DNA of 63,932 nt, counting the filler, from Choristocarpus tenellus KU-1152 (Eukaryota; Protista; Phaeophyceae): NCBI GenBank assembly GCA_964200185.2. It is 14 parts of 14 records of this genome, joined end to end, with 100 filler letters (N's around TTAATTAATTAA, not from the genome) between each part and the next. Parts side by side here need not be neighbours in the genome. Positions count along the whole stretch, not along the records: positions 53,016 to 58,454 come from CAXNAD020010772.1; positions 58,555 to 63,932 come from CAXNAD020010984.1; 12 more parts are not named here. One strand, written 5' to 3'. Numbering within the stretch: the stretch's first letter is position 1; every line of letters starts with the position of its first letter. Of this stretch, positions 53,290 to 63,932 are shown piece after piece. A program made the translations under genes and the position numbers. The notes beneath the pieces were generated by a model. It was not told where the DNA came from and did no database searches. It saw nothing but the letters and a program-made list of their open reading frames with translations.

Positions 53290-53800
53290 TCAAAGCGGTC
53301 CAAATTGACGTTGAACACGAAGTCAGAAGTGCTTGACCACCTCAAGAACAAGAAGCTCAAAGTTGCTTTTGTCGCAGAAAAATTCAACATTGCCGAAAGG
53401 ACGGCGAGGAAAATCCGGGCTGAAGAAAAGAAAATCATGGAGCAACTCGATTTGAGACTGGGAAAGCAAAGTCTCTCAAAGGGCCCAGGTTTCCCGAGGT
53501 GTGTCTGCAGTACTTTTGTATTGTGCGGTTTTTAAGCGGTGTGACTGTGATCTTTAAGTTTTTGGTCGTGATGTTGAATCGACGTATGATGGAGTGAACT
53601 GCTCTTTCTAGTCTGTATTCCGTGAAGAACAGTGTCGCAAACTCTCGCTGACATGCCCCATTGTCATCTCCATGTCACTTGTGAAAGGTCAATGAAGCTC
53701 TCTCGCTTTTTTTGAAGAATTGCGGGCTGCAAAGCTTCCATCCAGTCAAGCTACCCTCCAGACACTAGGACGGAAGGCGAGAGATCAGCTCGATTCGGTC
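53290..53800 (+). pseudogene. pogo/Tigger (CENP-B-like) transposase N-terminus: HTH_psq plus Tc5-type HTH, with probable intron 53499-53687
   Basis: KRSKLTLNTKSEVLDHLKNKKLKVAFVAEKFNIAERTARKIRAEEKKI, then (with frameshifts) FPE|VNEALSLFFEELRAAKLPSSQATLQTLGRKARDQL. Confidence 0.75.
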
Positions 53801-53813
53801 TTTCGTCTTTTCA

Positions 53814-54287
53814 CAGCCCTGCACACGTCTGACGATTATATAATCGAAAAAACTATTTAATCATGATCGTGGGTGTCGAAGAATAAACTGACGATTGTTA
53901 GTCGCTTCGACGATTGATTTCCCAGTTCACCACGATTAATTAGTCGATTCCACAATTGATTTCCCAGCTCGCCACGATTAATTAGTCGGTTCCACGATTG
54001 ATTTCTCAGCACGATTAATTAATCGATTCCACAATTGATTTCCCAGCTCAGCACGATTATTTAATCGATTCCATGATTGATTTCCCAGGAATGCCACGAT
54101 TGTTAGTCGATTCGATGATTGATTTCCCAGGAATGCCACGATTATTTGTCGAATCAATGATTGATTTCCCAGGAATGCCACGATTATTAGTCGATTCTAC
54201 GACTAATTCTTGAAACTCTCCAAGATTAGCTCAACGATTACGATTACCACGTTTAGTAGTCGTAGTCATCAGAGGTGTGCAATCCTG
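53814..54287. repeat. ~42-bp tandem array (about 8 units, ~53890-54205) between imperfect ~23-bp inverted repeats
   Basis: Unit about CACGATTA(A/T)TAGTCGATTCCACGATTGATTTCCCAG(CTCG/GAATG)C. Ends are cagccctgcacacgtctgacga and tcatcagaggtgtgcaatcctg. Confidence 0.85.
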
Positions 54288-54601
54288 CTTAATTTTTTTC
54301 TCGATATTGTACCATTTGGCACATATTCGGATGCCCGATTTTGTATCAAGTGGTACAAAATGGCTTTGTACAACATCGATTTTGTTCCGCTTTTTCGAGC
54401 ATGCTCATGGGTGAACAAAATCGGGTAACCCATTGTACATGGATATATTGTAACTGGTGGAACGCGATGCATATCCCAACGTTTGAGTTGAGGGTGATTG
54501 TGAACAAATATATCTGAAATACATGGCACATCACCTACTGCGTCAATATTGTTCAAGTTGAAGTCTCTTCCTTCCTCACACGGACTTCCTTTTTTGCCCA
54601 A

Positions 54602-54859
54602 GAGCCGAAGTATCTTAGAGGGTAGGGTCGTGTCCATTTGGGGGTCAAAATCCAATGTTGTGATTCTGATGTAATTTTGGCTATCATGTTGTTAGTAAGT
54701 GTCAATACCCTTGTTTAGGATACACCTTTTCATAAGTTACAATTTTTCCTATTCCAAAACATTTTTGGAGTAGGAAAATGTCATAAGAAAACCAATGGGA
54801 AGCCAAGCCCTACATGGACAAACACGGCAAACCTCACACCCTCTAAGATACTTAAACTT
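54602..54859. mobile_element. MITE family A, near full length
   Basis: GAGCCGAAGTATCTTAGAGGG...CCCTCTAAGATACTTAAACTT; right tip degenerate. Confidence 0.88.
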
Positions 54860-55077
54860 GAGTTTTTAACTCAGCAGGTGTGTGTTTATTGTTTTTCCTT
54901 CGTAATTTTTATAGAAGAAAACTCAAGAATGGATTTTGGAAACGAGGACTATAACAACGGTGTGTGTGTGTGGAGGGGGAATCATGTCCTCTTTCCAGAA
55001 CATTTGTTTGTTCCAGAACTAGCTCTTCTCTTTCGTTCCACTTCTATTCCTCATCTCTAAAATATTTGTCTTGTTTC

Positions 55078-55386
55078 TGTACAAAATAGGACAATAGTGA
55101 GGTGTACCTTATTTTGTGTATATGAGATTGTTGTGTTTAATTGANNNNNNNNNNTATGGGATTATATCTTGGTATTTATTCTGCATTCAACTACTTTGAC
55201 ATAACCGTTGACTTAGATAGGAAGCACAAATAAATAATAAACAAGCAATGAGAAGACACCACAAAGGTCACTCTTCTAATCTTCAACCATGTAATCACGT
55301 TCAGCAAAGGGGGTCGTGTGAGGCTTCACACCTTCTTATCTTCACTACTACAACAAATAGCATCAACTCCCAAGGTAATTTGCACA
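55078..55386 (+). mobile_element. Solo LTR of the same copia family (contains a 10-N gap)
   Basis: TGTACAAA...TTTGCACA with perfect TSD GTTTC (55073-55077 and 55387-55391). A 45-bp internal fragment recurs at 55577-55621. Confidence 0.93.
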
Positions 55387-55849
55387 GTTTCTAGAATACA
55401 ATACATTCCACAATGGTCCAATAACATCCCTATTAACTTGTATAATGTTCTGTTGTCTCTGACAATATCCCACTAAAGTTGTGCCACTTGCACAGTATAT
55501 TCCAACAAATTGTTAAGTAATTTTATTTTCGTTCTTGACGATGCTAGATACACGAATCCTTTGTGATGAAAATGATCGTTGACTTAGATAGGAAGCACAA
55601 ATAAATAATAAACAAGCAATGTAGAGGTTTTGGAGTAGATGGGTATATTTTATCTGTGCAAAGAACTGTTGTACCAAGTTTGATTATTATTGTACGACAT
55701 TGATTGAACTATGGACAAAGAAAAATTCATGATGACAGATGAACAGGCAATGATTGATACGTGAGGAGCAAGTGGTGTGACTGACGTCAACCTCTGACGC
55801 TTCCCACTCCCTGTAATGGTGTCAACTACACCATGCTGGTTCCCAAATG

Positions 55850-56760
55850 GACAGGAGTCAAATCGATCTTGGCACCCCTAGGGACGAGGAGAACATTGAC
55901 CAACAACTGGCAGTCTATCCTCATGACCACAACGTCCATGACCTCTTCTGTTACGGTCTAAGAACAGTCTACGAGTATGATCTGGGTTGTCCGGGCACAA
56001 CTGGGTCAAGTGACCATCTCGAGTCGTCGCCTGGCAACCAGGATATCGGCATGAACTATTTTGTGACATAATCTGCTGAACGTCAACATGATGACAGTGC
56101 ATGACTGGGGACTCTGCATGATGAGGTAGACAACAGGGTCATGATGCTGAACAATCAGCCAGATGGACTGCAACAGGTGTATACATCAACGACTGAGTGG
56201 AGACCAGATCTGGGTTGCTTCCCCTGCTCGGTGACAACCCACCTCTATCCAATGACGTTGGTTCTCTCGTTGGAGTTGGACAAAGTCTGAACAAGGAAAC
56301 AGCATAGGAGAGTGTGAAGGCGATAATAAAAGCCTTCTGGACATCTTTCCATGATGTTCGAGAGGTGCCCACAGGCCTGACGCCATTCAAGTGGAGCAAT
56401 TGCGCACTTGCTGATGTGGTGCACGATGAATGTGGGGATGACATCGCCAAACTGCGCCTGCAAAGTGGCCACCTCACTAGTGGTTGAATGTGGGGAGGAA
56501 ACTGGGCCGTCCTGAAAAAGGACACGGCGGATGTGTCACGGTTGCCCAAGCTGACATGATACTCTAAATGGGGGGGAACCTCGTACACAATTCCCATTTT
56601 CTGAATTGTTAGATGCCATTGAGGAGGAGCGATCGATAAAACCTGCATCTGAGTCATGATTCGTGAATGACTCCGATGTCCTGGATTGGCTCACTCCCGT
56701 CGGTCCCCTGCTACTCTTCTTTTGCTTCCTCAACAACTTCAGCAAGATGCTCTTCTTGAC
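55850..56760 (+). pseudogene. Decayed coding sequence of unknown identity
   Basis: GC-richer block. The frame from 56161 reads as protein-like (SVKAIIKAFWTSFHDVREVPTGLTPFKWSNCALADVV...), broken by six TGA and one TAG stop and no TAA. The 172-aa minus ORF looks like its shadow. Confidence 0.4.
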
Positions 56761-57510
56761 AAAATCTTCTGCTTTTCGATTTAGACATGTTGGTCAGTGA
56801 CCAAAAAGAAGTTTTACCTGTCACCCTATATCTGAATTCACTACTGGTGTTGCCAATGTGAATAATATCGACACTTTATCCCAGTCAATTTTGGGTCAAG
56901 ACAATCATCAATGAAAAGCCCCATCCTCAATTTTTGAAATCGGCTGTTACTTGAGGGATTGGCCTCGTGAAAAGATTCCATTCCTCAATCTCACGACAGA
57001 CTCCCCACTGCAAACTAGGATTTCTGAGAAGGAACCCCAATCAGTATTACATATAGAGCATACGGAAATAACGATATGATAACAATCCTGCTTTCCACAT
57101 TTCCACAAACTATAAGCTTCATTGCACTCCACAACAAGTGTTCGCATATTGATCGGATCCATGACATAACTGTGGAGATTTAGACTGCTATTTGTGTGAG
57201 TATTGAAGAGAAAAGAGGTCGGAGTCTCACACGATTCACCATTGCTGAATGTTATGGGATGGTTGAAAAGAAAAGAGTGATATTTTTAATTATGATTATG
57301 CCCTGTGACAATTTCCAGATTTGTCGGGGGGAAAACCAATGAAAACTATTCACATATCAGAAATATCCCTAAAATAGTAACAGTTATCGTAAAATGTGAA
57401 AGGCATTAATCTATTTACTATTATACTACCAGTTGTGCTTCTCCATTGCCTTCCTGTGCTTCCAACCTAGTGATATTATTATGTATGGTGAATCTTGATT
57501 TAGCATCAAC

Positions 57511-58075
57511 TGTTTCTAGAATCACAAGGCAATAAGTTCATGTAACGTTTCAACTCGATCACGATATAGAAAACGTTCCAAACATATGAAACTCAATTAT
57601 TAATTATCAATAGATAACCCACTAAGATATGAACTATCATAACTAATACTTTCGGTTACATAATACTGTAGTTCCTATTGTATTATGACACTCCCATGAG
57701 AGTGTAAGAAAAGAGAACAAAGATTGTTTCAACTCTCACTCGGTACACTCATCTTGTCAATAAGTTGCCTGGTGGTTAAAATGTCAACAAGTTGCTGAGC
57801 ATGTTGTAAGCATCTCACTTCAAGAAACCCCCAGCTTACGTATTCTGTTGTAAGTTTTAACTTCATGTCAACATGCCTCGTCCTTCCATTGAGCCTCATG
57901 GTTGTCCTTGCCTGTACTACCCTTCGTTTATCTCCATACCAAGTTCTAGCTCCTTCTGGTACGCCAATCTCCCCCCCAGGATTCCTCCAATAAAATTCGG
58001 GTGTCTTGTCCCTTTTGTGCCATTGCTGTCCACACTGCTTCTGAGCTAGATAGGGTTATTATTCCTTGCAATTTC
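57511..58075 (-). mobile_element. Ty1/copia 3' end (second family): RNase H remnant and probable 3' LTR (57511-57690)
   Basis: ITLSSSEAVWTAMA, WYGD, NGRTRHVDMKL, QQLVDILT, then atgggag|TGTCATAA...TAGAAACA. Confidence 0.75.
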
Positions 58076-60733
58076 GACTTCCTCACGATCGGTTTTATAA
58101 TGAACAAGCATCTGGTGCTGACGTGATGCTGTTATCCAAGAAAATATTATCCACTCCCAAGTTAGGTATGACTACTGCTTGGGCACGATACATCTCCAAG
58201 TTGTAGAGTGTAGTGAAATTGAAAAACTATCAAAGGTCTACCACCTCCTCCCTCTATATTTAAATTCCCATCTGGAATATCTCCCGAATGAGTGCATTGC
58301 AAGGTGTGAGGTGGATCTGCATGTATCTCAGTGGTGTTACTGGAATGTCTGTTTCGGCTGATGTTAAAGGTTGTCCTCCAGGCATTGTGACACCGCCCTC
58401 GTGTTCAAGCTAACTGCCAAGGGTGTACTACCCCATCCCGTGCCCCACCTGCCANNNNNNNNNNNNNNNNNNNNNNNNNNNNNNNNNNNNNNNNNNNNTT
58501 AATTAATTAANNNNNNNNNNNNNNNNNNNNNNNNNNNNNNNNNNNNNNNNNNNNTCTGTTTTTCGTGTATCACATTGTTATTTCATTTGACAGGTTTCGC
58601 TGGGAATCAGTGATTCGAAGATGTTCCTGCCCAAGGCCAGACTTTTTACGAGAACTCTTGCAGCAGTCGTGACGTGACGGCTCAACCTGTTTATGCATCA
58701 CGTCCACGCATCAACAACTTCACCCCTTTCCACATCGAGCTCGTCGAAGACTCTTGCCCGACTTTCTTAAGACACACAGTGGTCCTTTCAGGTGCTTCGT
58801 CTGCAATCGACGTCCCTCGCATCAAAGGACAGCTTTTACAGGTCCGTTGAGACGACGTTACGGCAACGGATGGGTTTATATTTCGGTGAGAGAATACACC
58901 CTTTTTTAGGTGGCCAGCCGAGGATGCTGGTCAAGGTTGCCATGTGTTATTCATTTTTTTTTAAGAGAGAGAATGGTGTGACGCTGAAGGCTGCGGCCAT
59001 AGCCTAGCTTTCCACTATCGAGCGTATACGGTAGACTTGCGAATGCTCCGTATATGCAAGGCTCGTTTTGGGGGGGATATATAGATGACGATGAACTTGT
59101 TGATTTGTACAAACAAGCCCAACTCCTGCCATACCAAACTACTCTCTCTTCTCTAATATATATGTATTGTATTTTTTTCTCTAGAGATTAGAAGCCAAAT
59201 TCACCCACTAGGATTTTCGCAGAGTAATCCTTTGGGGAACGAGATAGTAAACCGTCGAATTAATCCATAACGGATTATTGATTTCATAAAAGAGCTATCC
59301 AATCGAAGTGACCGATTTATCCCAGCTAATCAAAAATACTGCAAAACCTGCATTGTACAAGTTGGAGACATCGTTTGGCTAGGCGGTAGAGACCCTTGTT
59401 TGCTAGTATGTCACACACTTGCGCTGCCTCAGTCGAAACCCTGATCGTCAGGCAGAAACAAGGACTATATCGCCACAACAGGACTTCCATGCACGAATAG
59501 TTATCAAGCCAAACTTCACTTTATACAGAAAAGTTGTCAACCGTGTACTAGCAGCCCTTGCACCGATGCTTCAACCTGTTTTAACCCAGAATTCCTCGCC
59601 CGCTGTCGGTGCAGCCTTAAATACCCAACCTTCTTCCGTTCCCAGCAAGCACAGTACCTCGTTCGTTCCCCCAAAAAGCAAGGCGCCAAAACCCGCTCGA
59701 TCAGTTACATCCGTTCCCCAGCCTGTGCTTTGATCCCTACCTGCCTTAGCCACAGACAGGGCGAACGATAGAAGTCGGCACGATTTGGCAAAGGCTTACC
59801 TCCATCTTCTACCTCCACAAGACGAAGTCGACATATGATGAAAGGTGCACCAAGTTTCCTTTCATCATGCCGGTAGTCAAGACTGCTTCATGTCTATAAC
59901 TGACGAGTGCAGGTATACGTAATGCCACTCGTTAGTTCCCAGAGGAATCCACTTATACCTTTCGGGAACCCACCGAGGACCTCCTGCTACTCAATCTACT
60001 GCAGTGTCTCGTACGATGGTAGCCTTAATAGAAACGAATCTCCGATACCTAGCAGCGATGCAGCACTCGAAACTTCTCCACTATCCGCGAGAAGCCCAAC
60101 CGTTTCGGACGTTGCAGAGTCGTCTTGAAGTTGCACCATGGAGTCTGAAGCCCCAGCAATCTATGTCATTCCATCCATAGACAAGACTTTCAATTCCACC
60201 TCGATAATATTCGCCATAACACTGACCATTGTACTAGTCAAGTATCAATATATGCCCTGCCATGTCACCCACATAGAGTCCACTCGAGAATGCTTGCCCA
60301 GGTACTCCTTGACACAGGTGCAGGTCTCATCTATTTTTGTGAAAATTGCTTACCACAGCTCAACATGGCAGGCAAAGGTAACTTAAATGCAGCAAACCTC
60401 AGAGGGTGCAATATTCTACCTGTGCTGGTACTGAGGTCATGCAAACTTCTAATACGTTTTCCCCGGAGGAAAAGTACGCAATATGGCTTTTAGGATAATG
60501 GTTGGGCTGCCATACGAAATTCTTAGGTACAACATTTTGTAGATAACACTAGAGTGAACTGCCATTTAGAGAAGGCCAATGCTCCCAACCATCACCACTG
60601 CCACCATGGGTGTCTTTTGTCAACATTTCAACACCTAGATCGAGCAGTAACAATGTACCCTTGTCAGACCTCAGCAAATGGCATTGTGGTACAAAGGAAA
60701 GTTCTAAGATGGATAGTTGTTAGACTAGGTAAA

Positions 60734-61014
60734 ACCTCAAAGTATCTGGGGGGGGATGACGGCTGTCCATTTGGAGTCAATATTTTCATGTCACAGTTTT
60801 GGGCGCTTTGGTTGCACACGTTGGATGGATAATGTAAGTGCACTTGTTCTGGTTATGTCCCAAATGGACACCCTTGTGTAGACCACCCCCCCCCCCCCCC
60901 CCCCCCCCTCTGTNNNNNNNNNNGAGGGAGAATGTTAGGGGACTTTGTTTTGGTTTTTCCCCAATGGCCCCCCTTGTTTATGCCCCCCCCCCCCCCCCCC
61001 AGATACTTTGGGTT
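60734..61014. mobile_element. MITE family B spanning a 10-N gap
   Basis: ACCTCAAAGTATCTGGG...CCAGATACTTTGGGTT with AAA on both flanks. 60924-60990 looks like a low-quality re-read of 60835-60900. Confidence 0.8.
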
Positions 61015-61139
61015 AAATAAACAGAAGAAATGGACAGCTTTAACTTACTACAATTGGATGTTTATCATGCCTTCTAGCACCTTCACAACTCTAGCACAGG
61101 ACCAAGACCAACTAATGTGCCCACCCACGAACAACTCTT

Positions 61140-61940
61140 GCCCAGAGAGGATGTGGTTACGTCTCTTCCCTACAGGTACTAGTGTCAAACATTATGGGAG
61201 GATGAAAGCTGAAGAGACATGTAGGACAGGGTTCAGCTTTTGAATTCAAGTCACCCCACTGGAGGGTAAGCTTGAAGGATGGAGGTAAGGAGGAATTCGG
61301 AAGGAGAGAGATGAGTGCCTCCTCCAGAAACCCTTCCAGCAGGTAACAACTGTATGCCTGAGGGACAAGGTGAGGTTCAGCTGGTACATGCTAGGACAAG
61401 AGATTAAAGCATTGCAAAATCATAAGTAACTGAAAGGAATGTGAGACAGCAGAAGTTAAAATGAAGCTGCCCACATTATAGCACACAGTATTATACATTG
61501 GTTGTATAGGCTGGAGTTCTTGAAAAATATAAACACTGAACACTACTTCTTTTTTTTTGTAACAACTTTCTGTGATTTTGAATCCTTAAGTCTTTCTAAT
61601 GTTATTTTTAGTTCTCATCCAATCATCCACTGATTTGGAATTTCATTTTCTTTTCATTGTTATTACCCTCCATATATACTGACTTTTCTTTTCCTTTTTT
61701 CTTCCCTTTTACTTTTTACTTACTATTCAGTTTCCACTTTGTTACCCTCATTATCCACACATTTTTTTATTATTTATTTTCTATTTATTGCTCATTTTAT
61801 CTTTATTTATTATTAGTACGGTTTGTTGCTCTCATTGACCCTTCTTTATTTTTTTTATTTTTTTCATTGTCTGTTTTCCACACTAGCAGCCTTGAGCATG
61901 CTTTATGCATGGGGGGCATAGGACAGGCAATAATCAAATG
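61140..61940 (+). mobile_element. Older, diverged 3' end of the Tudor-bearing gypsy family
   Basis: LRLFPTGTSVK...FEFKSPHWRVSLKDGGKEEF homologous to 63140-63320, followed by a T/C-rich UTR and GGGGGGCA-TAGGACAGGCAATAATC. Confidence 0.75.
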
Positions 61941-62879
61941 CTGTGTAGGTCATGAATAGTATAAGTCTAATCCTTTATAGCACTTACATTTATATAACCG
62001 GGAAGACTGGAACAGAAGACACCCGAATTGTATGCCTAATCATAGCTATGTATTTTATAACTTTTGAAGGTCCAGTTCAAAAGAAACAAGGTATACCCGG
62101 ACTAGGCCAGGGGCAATCTGACTCTAATGTTATTCTGCGACCTTGGAAAATTTTCCCAGTGTAGACAAGGAGTTTTGCCGACCTGTTTTGAGGCTAGTTG
62201 GAGCTATATATATATTTATAATAAAAGTATATACTCTTATCTGGTCAGACATATATTGATCTTGACTATGCCTTAAGACTTTTGAGGATCCGTTCTTGAA
62301 GGAAACGAGAGGATTGTTGATCATTGTTGGAATCCATGGGCTAATTTGGAACTGGAGTCCCTATGTTGGAGAAAACTGACAGAGTCGGAACTGAAGTCCC
62401 TATGTTACCAAATGGCAATTACGCATGCCACCGCAGCATGATCTAAGGTGATGGATACTTATTATCCAGATAATGATTATTGCCTGAGGAAAGCATGGAA
62501 CAGGTAGTCCCTGCATGGAACATAGGATAACAAACATTGGCACCATGAAGTGACATACATCAGAACAGATACCAATTTATATAAGATGTTTTGCTTTTCT
62601 TGAATGTATATATCACCCCACACTGTCCCCTTGCTCTCTCTGTGCGTTGGTAGATTCAGAACTAGAGTGTACTTCCCCCTCGCATAATGAACCGAGTCTA
62701 GGTGTAGCACAAATGTTACTTCAGAGAACAGTTGATGCCCCACTCTCAGGAATACTGTCAGCTCTGCAAGATTGCCACATGGGACCTGATAATCGAGACT
62801 TAGGCGTTAGAGGTTGGTTACCACTCAGTAGTTCCCAGGATCAAAGTATACCAGTGTGTAAACCCCCTTCCTCTGGTTA

Positions 62880-63690
62880 GATGATCCCAGATAAAACACC
62901 TAGGGTAGACCCGACACACACCCCACAGCAACTCCTTCCCCCGCTTAACGCCTCTGACATTTTTGGTTGGCAACCTTTAGACTCTACCCTCGAAGATAGG
63001 GTAGAAATAAAAGGAAAAGCAGGAAAAGAGAAGCCACTACAGTTAGATGAATTCCATGCCCTATGGGACCTCTATAATCCAGACACGAGCCCACACCCTA
63101 CTGACACCTCCCGCCAAGGAAAATCCTTTTGTAGAGAGGATGCATTACGCCTTTTCCCTACAGGTACTACTGTCAAGAAGTCATGGAAAGACGAGAAAGG
63201 AAAGGATAAGTGGTACATAGGTACAGGTTTTGGCTTCAAGTCACCCTACTGGAGGGTACGGTTTAATGATGGGGATTGGGAAGAAATGAACAAAAGTAAA
63301 ATGAGTCGTTTCTCCCGAAAATAATCCAACAGGTAACCACTACGCATCCAGAAGGCAAGGTACGTGAGGACAAACCGATTTATAGGCTGACGTTGATGTT
63401 ATGGCCTGTTCTACGCACTAGCAGCCGTCAGTATGCATCGTGCTGGGGGGCATGAGACAGGCAATAATTGGATGATACTTGGCACCCTAGGAAAGCTGTA
63501 CTTTAGAGAGAAAGAATACATCCTCAGAATTAGGCTAGACGCAGACAGATTTCCCCAAGTAGGATAAGGATACATGTTTAGGCCTTGTAGAAGTTTGGCA
63601 TATTTTTCTGCTCTTCCTTCTCCCTGCTACAGGATGATTTGAGGCGATTAATGACGTCTATTGTCTTCACCAGTAACAATCACTTGTAGT
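62880..63690 (+). mobile_element. Internally deleted derivative of the gypsy family at 33853-36801, with open 147-aa ORF ending in a Tudor-like domain
   Basis: 62913-63037 matches 36678-36801 (reverse complement), 63034-63383 matches ~34525-34873, and 63384-63690 matches ~33900-34218. Confidence 0.88.
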
Positions 63691-63932
63691 AAAGGTTGTT
63701 ATGTAGGATACATTCTTCTTTTGTTTTATTTCTGAATTTTCTTATTTCTTCATTTTGTTATAACAGCCTCTCAGCAAAATTGAGAAGGGAGCATACTATG
63801 GAGGATGGGTTTGACCCAAAATTGTCCTGGTAAAAGTGTCATGTTATTTTTTTGTAACTGTTGCGGCACTTTTTAGGGCCCCTTTTTGAATGGGAATCTG
63901 TGCCGAATGTGGTAGTAGTACAGTGTGTGGGG

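Noticed and set aside
53890-54205. CRISPR array
   Set aside because: Units are similar along their whole length with no unique spacers, no cas genes are present and the context is eukaryotic.
2859-58554. Regularly recurring TTAATTAATTAA palindrome as a biological repeat
   Set aside because: Always centred in exactly 44+44 Ns; it is an all-frame-stop assembly linker.
58555-60730. gag-like or transposase-like decayed frames
   Set aside because: Probably TE-derived, but I could not identify any diagnostic motif.

Overview
This is not one locus. It is about 14 short eukaryotic contigs joined by 13 artificial 100-bp linkers (N44-TTAATTAATTAA-N44), so adjacency across a linker has no biological meaning. 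The DNA comes from an intron-rich, TE-dense eukaryote; a stramenopile/brown-algal affinity is my inference only. Host gene fragments with phase-consistent exons are: an EamA/DMT transporter (791-2451, +), the terminal exon of a PP2C phosphatase (27793-~29213, -), nine exons of a Cys-rich GCC2_GCC3/Ephrin_rec_like repeat protein (29647-33640, -), and five exons of an unknown, probably nuclear, low-complexity protein (42095-47840, +). Most of the remaining identifiable sequence is decayed or nested transposons: a Ty1/copia family (5' LTR plus gag-PR-IN start, and two solo LTRs with perfect 5-bp TSDs), Ty3/gypsy pol fragments, a DD39D mariner, an Ngaro/DIRS-type tyrosine-recombinase retroelement, a pogo/CENP-B-like fragment, and about 20 copies of two PIF/Harbinger-like MITE families that share terminal and subterminal motifs. 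The best novelty candidate is a gypsy family (three copies) whose integrase ends in a chromodomain-like fold followed by a Tudor-like domain; one copy has lost the integrase by microhomology deletion but keeps the Tudor frame open. I found no rRNA, tRNA, CRISPR or prokaryotic system. All domain calls come from reading motifs by eye, not from database searches.
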